From IMG/VR virus record IMGVR_UViG_3300023174_009216: a DNA stretch of 64,000 nt; one strand, 5' to 3'. The notes below the pieces were generated by a model that was not told where the DNA came from, did no database searches, and was given only the letters and a program-made list of their open reading frames with translations. Both the position numbers and the translations under genes were made by a program. Positions 54,783-63,920 of this stretch are shown here, in pieces. The stretch's first letter is position 1; each line of letters starts with the position of its first letter. The DNA comes from a virus. Its lineage: Duplodnaviria; Heunggongvirae; Uroviricota; Caudoviricetes.

Positions 54783-57293
54783 TTATACTATATACCAGTT
54801 TGCGTTATTAGATACTAAAGAGATTGCTGCATATTGAACTAAAAGTGTTGCTGTTGTTCCGTCATCTATTTTTTCAGTACCGCTTCCGTCTACTATTACT
54901 GAGTTAGCACCAGAGTCAGTTTTTTTAATTGTAAACTTAGCGGTGTTTCCCACAGCAGTTGGCAAGTTAATTGTTACTGTACCTCCTGCAGTTGCAGCAT
55001 CAACTAATATAATAATTTCACCAGAAGTTTGAGATGCATTATAAGTGGTGGAACTTTGTGATACTATTGTGTATGATCCACCAATACCAGATGTACCGGA
55101 AGATCCACTTGTTCCGGTAGATCCAGATGTACCAGAAGAACCAGAGCTTCCAGTTGATCCTGAAGAACCAGAAGAACCTGATGTCCCAGAAGAACCATTA
55201 GCACCTGATGTTCCAGAGGATCCAGATGTACCAGAAGAACCAGAGCTTCCAGTTGATCCTGAAGAACCAGAAGAACCTGATGTACCTGAAGAACCAGAAG
55301 AACCTGATGTACCAGAAGAACCATTAGCACCTGATGTTCCAGAGGATCCAGATGTACCAGAAGAACCAGAGCTTCCAGTTGATCCTGAAGAACCAGAAGA
55401 ACCTGATGTCCCAGAAGAACCATTAGCACCTGATGTCCCAGAGGATCCAGATGTACCTGAAGAACCAGATGTCCCAGAAGAACCATTAGCACCTGATGTT
55501 CCAGAGGATCCAGATGTACCAGAGGAACCAGAGCTTCCAGTTGATCCTGAAGAACCTGATGTACCAGAAGAACCATTAGCTCCTGATGTTCCAGAGGATC
55601 CAGATGTACCAGAAGAACCAGAGCTTCCAGTTGATCCTGAAGAACCAGAAGAACCTGATGTACCAGAAGAACCATTAGCACCTGATGTTCCGGAAGAACC
55701 AGAAGAACCTGTTGATCCTGAAGAACCAGATATACCAGATGTTCCGGAAGAACCTGAAGAACCTGTTGATCCTGAAGAACCTGATGTACCAGAAGAACCA
55801 CTAGCGCCTGAAGTACCGGATGTACCAGAAGAACCATTAGCACCTGATGTTCCAGAGGATCCAGATGTACCTGAAGAACCTGATGTACCAGAAGAACCAT
55901 TAGCTCCTGATGTTCCGGAGGATCCAGATGTACCAGAGGAGCCAGAGCTTCCAGTTGATCCTGAAGAACCTGATGTACCAGAAGAACCATTAGCTCCTGA
56001 TGTTCCGGAGGATCCAGATGTACCAGAAGAACCATTAGCTCCTGATGTTCCGGAGGATCCAGATGTACCAGAAGAACCATTAGCACCTGATGTTCCGGAG
56101 GATCCAGATGTACCAGAGGAACCAGAGCTTCCAGTTGATCCTGAAGAACCTGATGTACCAGAAGAACCATTAGCACCTGATGTTCCGGAAGAACCAGAAG
56201 AACCTGTTGATCCTGAAGAACCAGATATACCAGATGTTCCGGAAGAACCTGAAGAACCTGAAGAACCTGAAGATCCGCTTGTTCCAGAAGAGCCATTAGC
56301 ACCTGATGTACCTGAAGAACCTGTTGATCCGGAAGAACCTGTTGATCCGGAAGATCCTGATGTTCCTGTAGATCCTGAACTACCTGTTGAACCAGATGAT
56401 CCTGATGTACCTGTAGATCCTGATGTACCGCTTGAGCCAGAAGAACCTGATGTACCAGAGGAGCCTGTTGATCCTGATGTACCCGATATACCAGATGATC
56501 CAGAAGTTCCTGATGAACCATTAGCTCCTGAAGTTCCTGATGAACCATTAGCTCCTGATATTCCAGATGTCCCTGATGTACCAGGTGATCCTGTTCCTGA
56601 CGTTCCAGAAGAACCTGAATTTCCAGAAGATCCTGATGATCCATTAGATCCAAGAAACATCCAGGATATGGAATATTCTTTTCCTACTTGTAAACTTCCA
56701 TTGTATGATAATGCACTAAATAATGTATATTCAACAGTATTAACATCACTTAATGCCACATCGCTAACAATATAAATCCCACCAACTGTGTGATCATTAA
56801 CTTCAACTAGTTGGAGTATTAATTTTTGATTGTTGTTATCCTCCCAATTCTTAGCTGCATTATGCCAGTTATCTATAACTGACCCATAGACATCAAAATC
56901 ATAGCTAATTCCAAATTTAGTAACAGAAGATAATGTAGAGCTATTAGCTTGGAAGCTCCCATCGCTAACAGATCCAACTAAAGGTCCTTCATATTGAAAT
57001 CTTAAAGAATTACCTCCATCATTTCCTGTTTGTCCTGATGATCCCGATGTTCCACTAATTCCAGAGGATCCTGATGATCCGCTTTCCCCCGATGTTCCAG
57101 ATGTGCCATATGTTGCTCCAGATGTACCAGAAACACCAGAAGATCCCGATGTTCCTGTACCACCTCCTGAAATTTGTATCTCATCCCCTAGGCCATTATA
57201 AAATGTCCCATCATCTGATCTCTGGACAACGTGTTGAAATGTCTCAGAAATCTTTTGATTGGTAAGATTAAAATTCGGATTATTTCCAGGCAT
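54783..57293 (-). CDS. collagen-like (Gly-X-Y triplet repeat) fibre protein
   Basis: 836 aa. Central region of about 530 aa is uninterrupted G-S/T/A/N-S/T triplets (GSS GTS GSS GST ... GAN GSS GTS). Globular N- and C-terminal domains. Confidence 0.65.
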   Translation of the reverse strand: MPGNNPNFNLTNQKISETFQHVVQRSDDGTFYNGLGDEIQISGGGTGTSGSSGVSGTSGATYGTSGTSGESGSSGSSGISGTSGSSGQTGNDGGNSLRFQYEGPLVGSVSDGSFQANSSTLSSVTKFGISYDFDVYGSVIDNWHNAAKNWEDNNNQKLILQLVEVNDHTVGGIYIVSDVALSDVNTVEYTLFSALSYNGSLQVGKEYSISWMFLGSNGSSGSSGNSGSSGTSGTGSPGTSGTSGISGANGSSGTSGANGSSGTSGSSGISGTSGSTGSSGTSGSSGSSGTSGSTGTSGSSGSTGSSGSTGTSGSSGSTGSSGSTGSSGTSGANGSSGTSGSSGSSGSSGSSGTSGISGSSGSTGSSGSSGTSGANGSSGTSGSSGSTGSSGSSGTSGSSGTSGANGSSGTSGSSGTSGANGSSGTSGSSGTSGANGSSGTSGSSGSTGSSGSSGTSGSSGTSGANGSSGTSGSSGTSGSSGTSGANGSSGTSGTSGASGSSGTSGSSGSTGSSGSSGTSGISGSSGSTGSSGSSGTSGANGSSGTSGSSGSSGSTGSSGSSGTSGSSGTSGANGSSGTSGSSGSTGSSGSSGTSGSSGTSGANGSSGTSGSSGTSGSSGTSGANGSSGTSGSSGSSGSTGSSGSSGTSGSSGTSGANGSSGTSGSSGSSGTSGSSGSSGSTGSSGSSGTSGSSGTSGANGSSGTSGSSGSSGSTGSSGSSGTSGSTGTSGSSGTSGIGGSYTIVSQSSTTYNASQTSGEIIILVDAATAGGTVTINLPTAVGNTAKFTIKKTDSGANSVIVDGSGTEKIDDGTTATLLVQYAAISLVSNNANWYIV
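55060..56660. repeat. nucleotide tandem repeats encoding the Gly-X-Y region
   Basis: Near-identical 9/27/45/63-nt periodic units, e.g. ggatccagatgtaccagaagaaccattagcacctgatgttccagag recurring many times. Confidence 0.8.
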
Positions 57294-57295
57294 CT

Positions 57296-58105
57296 TTATC
57301 TCCTATTTAGTGATGGCATTACCTGTACCGATACTTTCTTAGCCGATGAGACTTTGAAAGGACTTTCCCAAGGAATAAAAATGATGTCATCTACTATTAT
57401 TTCTAGACAAGCTTCACCAATTGTTCCATCAGGAAATACGGACAGTTTTTTTAATGGGACCACGCAGGTTCCATCTTTTCTTACTGTGCCATCAAAAACT
57501 AAATTCCAGAGATCTGTTTTTAATACTAATCTTGCAATGGTATTTTCGGGATTACCCCCTTCTACTGTTACTTTACATTCGAATGTTTCATCCGAATCTC
57601 TATGAAAAATATATTCTTTCTTTCTTCTGATCAACTCGGGCATCGGTTCATCTTCGTAGAAATAGTCAGATTCTTTTATGGGTTGTATCTTTGATGGCGA
57701 TTTTTTTTGAGCAGACTCAGTGTTTTTAATTTTCTTCTTTTTAGGAGCTTCTTCTTTAGATTCTGTAATGCCCTTTTTACTTTCTAAAAGGAATTCCTCA
57801 AAGGGTGATAGCTCTTTCTCTTTTATTTTATTTGATTCTTCTGCTTGATTTTTTTCTTTCCTTTCAGGCGAAAATTTTTTCTTTATGCTATTTAGTGTTT
57901 CATTTACACTATTTAATGTTTCTTCTATAGAATTAGATGGTGCTAATGTAGGCGGGGGAAGAGCAGGTCTGTTAGATTCGTTTAGATCTGGATTTTCTTT
58001 AAATCTGTTACCTAGCGTTGATCTAATAAGATCCTCAACAGATCCATGTATCTGTACAGAATTTTGTTGATTAAGTCCCTGAAGAATTCCACCTATTAAG
58101 CTCAT
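57296..58105 (-). CDS. hypothetical Lys/Glu-rich protein
   Basis: 269 aa ORF. Confidence 0.45.
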   Translation of the reverse strand: MSLIGGILQGLNQQNSVQIHGSVEDLIRSTLGNRFKENPDLNESNRPALPPPTLAPSNSIEETLNSVNETLNSIKKKFSPERKEKNQAEESNKIKEKELSPFEEFLLESKKGITESKEEAPKKKKIKNTESAQKKSPSKIQPIKESDYFYEDEPMPELIRRKKEYIFHRDSDETFECKVTVEGGNPENTIARLVLKTDLWNLVFDGTVRKDGTCVVPLKKLSVFPDGTIGEACLEIIVDDIIFIPWESPFKVSSAKKVSVQVMPSLNRR

Positions 58106-58147
58106 TGTAAAATTATCTATTCTTTAGTACTCTATGTATCCCTTTTT

Positions 58148-58681
58148 TTACTTAAGAGTTAATAGGTACTTAAATTTGGAAACTGCTCCAAGTAATTCAT
58201 CCATTATGTTTAAAAGATCGCTAGATCCTTTAAATACCCTTTCAGTACTTTCCCTTAATTGCTCAATAACATTTATTACCCCAGATAGCCACTCCTCAGT
58301 GTTAACATCTTCATAATCAAGAATATTAAGTTGTCCTCCAAATCTTAATCTTTCATCTTTCATATATCCCTGATAAGCTTCAACCAATGTATCTAGAATA
58401 TCGTCTACAGAATCATAGGTGGCACCAGCACCTGAATGTTCAGAGAAAGATTTTGTTTGCCAATGAAATGCTTTTAATTGTACATGAAATTCAACTAGGC
58501 TTCTAAAGAGAGCATTCATATCAAGGATCCCCATTGTTGGCTCATCAGAATCAGTATTTTTCTGGTCGCGAGAATCAACAGGTTCTACTTCTAGATCATT
58601 AGTGGTATCGATTTCATCGCTGTTTACCTCCATATCATCCTGTTCGTTCACTCTTTTTCTAAAATCCATAAAATTCCTCAT
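58148..58681 (-). CDS. hypothetical acidic protein
   Basis: 177 aa ORF. Confidence 0.45.
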   Translation of the reverse strand: MRNFMDFRKRVNEQDDMEVNSDEIDTTNDLEVEPVDSRDQKNTDSDEPTMGILDMNALFRSLVEFHVQLKAFHWQTKSFSEHSGAGATYDSVDDILDTLVEAYQGYMKDERLRFGGQLNILDYEDVNTEEWLSGVINVIEQLRESTERVFKGSSDLLNIMDELLGAVSKFKYLLTLK

Positions 58682-58715
58682 AGTATTTTTTTATTTATAT
58701 ATCTATGAGAAAGAA

Positions 58716-59873
58716 TTAAAAAAGTGCTTTAACTAAAAGTAAATTAGGGGAGAGCGGTTGATATCCCATAACTTCTATAAATCTATTGATGGGATCTAAG
58801 ATGGTACGGTTAAATTGTGCATCAAAATCTATAGGAGGTGCAAGTTCGTATGGATAAGCTCCGTTTAAATAGCCGAAGACATTGTTTTCTTGCTCGCTAT
58901 TGACCGCTACAAAGTAATACTTGATTTTCTCTGATGAACGAATTAGCGAGTATTTTGCCTTGTATTTTGAGTTATTAAGGATATAGTTATGATACCCAGA
59001 TGCTCTAACATGCATAGGGCATCCTTTTGCTACCTCAAATCCTGTTGTATCGTTTAGAATAAATTTTTCTATATTATTAACACCAACACCTATAGAGATA
59101 GCATCAGGCTTCTGAATCTTAAATTCAGATTTAATTTCCCTTAGCATTTTTACAAACGTCCTTAGATCAAAATTTTTACCTGTTTGGAAGATATGCTTAA
59201 GTAAAAGAATAAGTTTTTCTCTTGCAAATGGAGGGGTTCCTCCTTGAACTATTTCAATACCTGTGGGCTTAATTCTTGAAAGATCAGCATAATGTTTTCC
59301 TGGTGCTTCGTATGTTAGATTAACAATGTACTTTTTCTTACCTAAGAAAACCGCATTTCTTGATATGGTTTCCAGTTCAAAGTCTTGGTGATTATCAGTG
59401 CTCCATTTCTTAGCATAAACATTAAAACAATTGTTTAAATATTCAGCTAATCTGTTCTTGTTTATATTTAAAATAAGATCAAGAGGTTCACAATCAAATT
59501 CACATGAAGCTATAATATTTCCAAAGTTAACATAGTTAGAATCTGTGTCTGCATAAATTATCATTTCTGCTGTTACAGGTCTAACATTTCTAGCACCTAT
59601 TTTTTCATGAAGCTCTGTGTCTAAATGCCAATGCTCATGAAAATACCTATTGATTACTTTCTCTGCAAACTTAACAAGATCCTGTCCCTGAAGGGTTACG
59701 CTTTCTGCAACATCAGAATTGAAGCATGCAAAGTAGGCGTTTCCCGTTGCTCCGTAGATACTATTAAGTGTTAGCTTAATTCCTTGTTCTTCGTTTTTAT
59801 AATCCGCAGACATCTTTTTAAGCCTGCTGATTTCCTTCTTGATTTCTTCAACACTTAATTCTTCGTAATTCAC
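58716..59873 (-). CDS. DNA polymerase B family, C-terminal fragment (T4 gp43-like, motifs B and C only)
   Basis: EEQGIKLTLNSIYGATGNAYFACF...TLQGQ...YADTDSNYV aligns with T4 gp43 ERQGRKILINSLYGALGNIHFRYY...GDTDSVYV. Lacks motif A and the exonuclease domain. 385 aa. Confidence 0.75.
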   Translation of the reverse strand: MNYEELSVEEIKKEISRLKKMSADYKNEEQGIKLTLNSIYGATGNAYFACFNSDVAESVTLQGQDLVKFAEKVINRYFHEHWHLDTELHEKIGARNVRPVTAEMIIYADTDSNYVNFGNIIASCEFDCEPLDLILNINKNRLAEYLNNCFNVYAKKWSTDNHQDFELETISRNAVFLGKKKYIVNLTYEAPGKHYADLSRIKPTGIEIVQGGTPPFAREKLILLLKHIFQTGKNFDLRTFVKMLREIKSEFKIQKPDAISIGVGVNNIEKFILNDTTGFEVAKGCPMHVRASGYHNYILNNSKYKAKYSLIRSSEKIKYYFVAVNSEQENNVFGYLNGAYPYELAPPIDFDAQFNRTILDPINRFIEVMGYQPLSPNLLLVKALF

Positions 59874-59885
59874 TATTTTTATTTT

Positions 59886-60650
59886 TTAAACTTCAACTAA
59901 TCCTATTGCAATGATTGAATTGCTTTCTTCTGAGATAACTACTATTCTATTTTCTTGAACATGAAAAGATGAATTTTCCTGATCAATAAAATTAAATTGA
60001 TTCTTGTAGATTGTATAATTTGAATCCTCTTTGTATTCAGGCAAAGGACCATCTTTAACTATATTGTACTGAAAAGAATTACCTTTAACTGAAAGTCCAT
60101 TTGCATGAACCTGGAAATTAAGAAGTTCCTCTGAATTACTTTCTATGGTTGTTAAAGAGCTTATCTTAGAAAATGAGTCTTTAGAAACATTAAATGATAT
60201 AATTGCTCCTTCGCTGGTGTGTATGGTTTTTTGTATTTTATCTTCTATATAAGATAGCAAAGAAATATCTGCACATTTAAATTTGATATTAATACTTGGG
60301 GAATACACTCTAAATCCTGTAGCAATCAAAGCAGAATCCATCGTCTGTGCAGTGAACTCAATATATGTTTCTTCCTCCGGTCCAAAATATTTAAAAACGT
60401 CTATAAGTTTTCCTATCTCTAGTATTCCTATTTTTACTCTGCTAGGGCTAGAATCACCATCAAAAAAATCATCTATTGTCGATCCAACAAATTTAATGAC
60501 AGATTTATCTGGTGTTCTCACTTTAGCAAAAAATTCTCTGCCTTCTAATTCTAATATAATAGATCTGTCTACCATTTTCAATTTCTTCAAAAAAGTAATT
60601 AGATTCCCCGAATTAGTAATTCTAAAATTTAATTTTAATTCTTTTTTCAT
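59886..60650 (-). CDS. sliding clamp-like protein (T4 gp45-like)
   Basis: 254 aa. N-terminal LKLNFRITNSGNLITF resembles T4 gp45 LLKNFATINSGIMLKS. Adjacent to the polymerase fragment. Moderate confidence. Confidence 0.45.
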   Translation of the reverse strand: MKKELKLNFRITNSGNLITFLKKLKMVDRSIILELEGREFFAKVRTPDKSVIKFVGSTIDDFFDGDSSPSRVKIGILEIGKLIDVFKYFGPEEETYIEFTAQTMDSALIATGFRVYSPSINIKFKCADISLLSYIEDKIQKTIHTSEGAIISFNVSKDSFSKISSLTTIESNSEELLNFQVHANGLSVKGNSFQYNIVKDGPLPEYKEDSNYTIYKNQFNFIDQENSSFHVQENRIVVISEESNSIIAIGLVEV

Positions 60651-60689
60651 TCTCTTTTAATTATAAGATTTATATTCTTTAGCTTGCAT

Positions 60690-62123
60690 TTAGTTATTTG
60701 TTTCCTCTTCTCCGTCTACTTCCCCGTTTATGATTATTTCCTCCTCTATGTGATCTTCTGGGTTCCAAACCTGTATTCCATTAAAAGTGTCACTAACAGA
60801 ATTCATAATGAGTGAGGATTGTTTGATAGTATTTTTAGAAAGTCTATTCCATTCCTTAATTACTTTTTTCACAATAATTTCTTGCTCCTTTATGGCGCTC
60901 TTGATTTCTTTACCACTCTTCTTGGTTTCCTCTATTTTTTGTTTTGTTATCTCTATCTCGTTAGATGATAATTTTATCAAGGGTATAGCTTCTAATCTAT
61001 TTTTAATCCATGTTTGAAATTGTTTTAAGAATTCTATAATTTCATCATTATCTCTTTTATTAGCAGACATGAATACTAAGAACTTAAGTTTAGCTTCTAA
61101 AAATTCTAATTCTCTGTCATTATAAAATGAATCTCTCACTAATCTTTTTAAAAGAACCTCCTCCTTATGAACCCTGAATTGATCAAGGTATTCCTCAACA
61201 GATGTGTATTCAAGGACTGCCCCGTCTCTAACAAGCACTATGTTTTCTGTAACTATCTGCTGGGTCTCTTTTTTTATCCTATCGCTTATCTCCTTAAATT
61301 GATCATCACTGCATTTAAATTTCAAAGAGAATTCAACCTCCTCTTTAGATCTGTTATCCATTCTATAATCTATTCCTGATATCTCTAAAATCCTATTAAT
61401 TCTTTCTAGAAAAGAAGCATATCTTGTTAACGGTGAAAGACTAAGTACCCCAATGGTTTTTGTTTTAGGATCTGAAGAAAACTGGCCCTCTATTAACCAG
61501 GCAGATCTTATTCCATCCACTCTTGAGATCTTTCCTTTAAAACCCTTAAAATAAGGCTTTATTTTTCTTGTCACGTCACCATTAAGATATGCAACAATAT
61601 CATCATGCTTTCGTGGAAGTATATTAGATCTATATCCAACTGCTATACCAACTATATGCGTGGACAATCCTATTGGATATGTAACATGCAACCAGTCATA
61701 TCCACCCTCCTCATTCTCGATGTTTAGATCCTTATGCTCATCTATAATTGATTTATATCTACTAGATATCCTAACAGAGGTGTATCTAGGAGCGGACGGG
61801 GTGGGATTAACAGGGGTTCCAAAAAATCCATCTCCCTCCATTATCAAATCACCACATCCAAAAGGCCTAGCAAGTTTTGAAATTGCGGAGGAAAGTGAAG
61901 AATCTCCGTGGTGGTATAGCTGAGTTCTAAATACCTCGCCTACAACACCTATGGTCTTATTAAATGATGTTGGGGACTTCTGTAGAATTAATCTTTGAAC
62001 AGGTGTAAGACAGTCATAAAAATTAGGAATCCCCCTACTCTGTATAACATAAAGGGCGTATTTTCTATAATCTTGATCTATTTGATCTGGTATACTAATT
62101 GTGTTTTTATTCTGACCGCTCAT
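60690..62123 (-). CDS. type II DNA topoisomerase subunit with catalytic Tyr region (T4 gp52 / GyrA N-terminal-like)
   Basis: DCLTPVQRLILQK, YHHGDSSLSSAI, GDGFFGT and APRYTSVRIS correspond to the GyrA/ParC/gp52 motifs LKPVQRRIL, YHPHGD, GNFGS, AARYTE. 477 aa. Confidence 0.7.
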   Translation of the reverse strand: MSGQNKNTISIPDQIDQDYRKYALYVIQSRGIPNFYDCLTPVQRLILQKSPTSFNKTIGVVGEVFRTQLYHHGDSSLSSAISKLARPFGCGDLIMEGDGFFGTPVNPTPSAPRYTSVRISSRYKSIIDEHKDLNIENEEGGYDWLHVTYPIGLSTHIVGIAVGYRSNILPRKHDDIVAYLNGDVTRKIKPYFKGFKGKISRVDGIRSAWLIEGQFSSDPKTKTIGVLSLSPLTRYASFLERINRILEISGIDYRMDNRSKEEVEFSLKFKCSDDQFKEISDRIKKETQQIVTENIVLVRDGAVLEYTSVEEYLDQFRVHKEEVLLKRLVRDSFYNDRELEFLEAKLKFLVFMSANKRDNDEIIEFLKQFQTWIKNRLEAIPLIKLSSNEIEITKQKIEETKKSGKEIKSAIKEQEIIVKKVIKEWNRLSKNTIKQSSLIMNSVSDTFNGIQVWNPEDHIEEEIIINGEVDGEEETNN

Positions 62124-62170
62124 CTAATTTATTGTTTACTATCTTTTTATCATAAAAATAAATAAAATTC

Positions 62171-62198
62171 CATAAAAAAGAGGCTTTAAAAGCCTCTT
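62171..62198 (-). terminator. rho-independent terminator-like hairpin (AAGAGGC...GCCTCTT) with T-run on the minus strand
   Basis: 7 to 10-bp GC-containing stem immediately 3' of the 62230..63591 stop, followed on the minus strand by TTTTTTATG. Confidence 0.6.
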
Positions 62199-62229
62199 TA
62201 GAAAATTATCGATTTAATATTATTTTTTA

Positions 62230-63591
62230 TTATGATTCATCGTCATCTTTAGACTTACTTTTAGAACCTGATGTTGCAGTAAGCTTTTTAAGTTCTGATC
62301 CTGATAATGCTCTATCCAGGTCTTCTATCACATCCACCTTATATTTGCTTTTATACAAATTCTTAAATTTCTTTGCTGTGCTGCTATTAGTAACAACCGA
62401 ATTATAAAGATCTATAAGCTTATCCTCGTCAGAAAAAGTTTTATCTAATTCATTTCTAATCTCATCTGCCACGTCATCCATTTCATCTTCCGCTCTTTCT
62501 TCTGATGCTTCTTTTTTAGCCTTTTTAGCAGAGCTTAATTTTTCATCCTCCTCAGATTTTTTTTCCTCCTCCTCAGATTTTTTAGCGGCAATACCGTCTG
62601 CATCCTTTTTTTCTATGTCTCCTAATTCATCATTCTCTATCAAAGCGTAGAGATAATTTCCACCGTTCTGTGATGCTTCTTTAAGTGCAGTCATAAATTT
62701 ATTAAAATCTTCGCCATTTGCAAATACCTGGCATCCTGCAGAATATGGTCCTACACAAACACCTGGTCCTTTAGATCCTCTATGAATATTAATTCCATAT
62801 CCGTCACCCTTATCTGGATTTCCTGGTTCGTATGTATCTATATCGCTACTACCTGGTTTGTATCTTTCTATTTGCATTGGACCCGCTTGAAGTAATGCTT
62901 CATGCTCTGTTGGGCTTCCTTTTTTATGTATGCCTATTTTATATTGATATACGCCAGGCTGCATTATAGCAACCCCTGCTGCATTTAAGGATCTGCTAGG
63001 ACTTCCATAATAAGAAACCGAAGGAGTTGTTGTTACTGCATAAGTTTCTGGTGTTTCATTAGGCTTAGAAGGATCTATGATCAATAATTTATCTATAAAT
63101 TTATCACCCTCTCTTTTTTTAATCTCTAGCTTTTCTCTAATTCCCAATATAAATACTTTATTGCTTCCCGCATAAGGCTTAGACGCTCCAGTTGCTCCTG
63201 TTGCACCTGTCGCTCCAGTTGCTCCTGTTCCACCAGCTCCGTAATTAGAACCGGTTAACTCTTTAGATATTTCAATATACGCATCTTTTTTAGATAATGC
63301 ACCATCAGGATATACAAAAAGATCTATGATCCATTTATTGGTTTTGTTGACAGGAGAAATTTGATAAGCGCTGCTACCACATGCGGTGTAAGGTAATCCA
63401 CCTTTAGTCTCTTTTGTGTCTGCAATTTTGGAATAATCCTTGTCTTCAAATCCTAACTTAGATAATGCTTGCTGTACAAGAGCTGTTCCTATTCCGCCTG
63501 CGCTAAGATCCATTCCTAATCCTGAATCTTTTTTGTCCTTCTCCTCTTGCTCGAAAATGAACTGTTTAAAAGAAAATATTCTTCTATGCAT
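62230..63591 (-). CDS. putative capsid-targeted (CTS-like N-terminus) protein with Gly/Ala/Thr linker
   Basis: MHRRIFSFKQFIFE N-terminus. GAGGTGATGATGATGATGAS linker (compare GATGEGAAGATGATETTT in 6384..7559). Early segment GIGTALVQQALSKLGFEDKDY is PG-binding-like. Highly charged C-terminus. Confidence 0.55.
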   Translation of the reverse strand: MHRRIFSFKQFIFEQEEKDKKDSGLGMDLSAGGIGTALVQQALSKLGFEDKDYSKIADTKETKGGLPYTACGSSAYQISPVNKTNKWIIDLFVYPDGALSKKDAYIEISKELTGSNYGAGGTGATGATGATGATGASKPYAGSNKVFILGIREKLEIKKREGDKFIDKLLIIDPSKPNETPETYAVTTTPSVSYYGSPSRSLNAAGVAIMQPGVYQYKIGIHKKGSPTEHEALLQAGPMQIERYKPGSSDIDTYEPGNPDKGDGYGINIHRGSKGPGVCVGPYSAGCQVFANGEDFNKFMTALKEASQNGGNYLYALIENDELGDIEKKDADGIAAKKSEEEEKKSEEDEKLSSAKKAKKEASEERAEDEMDDVADEIRNELDKTFSDEDKLIDLYNSVVTNSSTAKKFKNLYKSKYKVDVIEDLDRALSGSELKKLTATSGSKSKSKDDDES

Positions 63592-63620
63592 TTGTATATT
63601 TAAATATTACTTCTATTTAT

Positions 63621-63920
63621 CTATTTCCCTCCTGAAAAAAGGAAATATATTAATCCATTCATAAAAGCATTGAATCCAGAGGATATAAATCCCCAGAAAA
63701 GAAATCCTATATAAGGATGAAAATATTGAGGAAGATCTCTAAAACAGAGAAATAATAACATCCCTGCCCAGAATCCACAGCATTGATGACATGTGAGAAC
63801 GCCCTGCATAAATCCGCTTTTGATCATTAACCAATTTCTTGGCTTATCAAAAATACTTCCTTTTACTAAAATGTGAGTCAGTCCCCAAGATGTTAGGAGA
63901 AAAATTAAAATTGTTGTCAT
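63621..63920 (-). CDS. small membrane protein
   Basis: 99 aa with three or four hydrophobic helices. Confidence 0.45.
   Translation of the reverse strand: MTTILIFLLTSWGLTHILVKGSIFDKPRNWLMIKSGFMQGVLTCHQCCGFWAGMLLFLCFRDLPQYFHPYIGFLFWGFISSGFNAFMNGLIYFLFSGGK

Noticed and set aside
55045-56775. 576-aa plus-strand ORF of PEEP/DVPEEP repeats, and the 529-aa minus-strand LVHQ-repeat ORF at 55064..56653
   Set aside because: Both are alternative-frame or antisense readings of the tandem DNA repeats that encode the Gly-X-Y region of 54783..57293. Their extreme low complexity and perfect register with the repeats mark them as artefacts.
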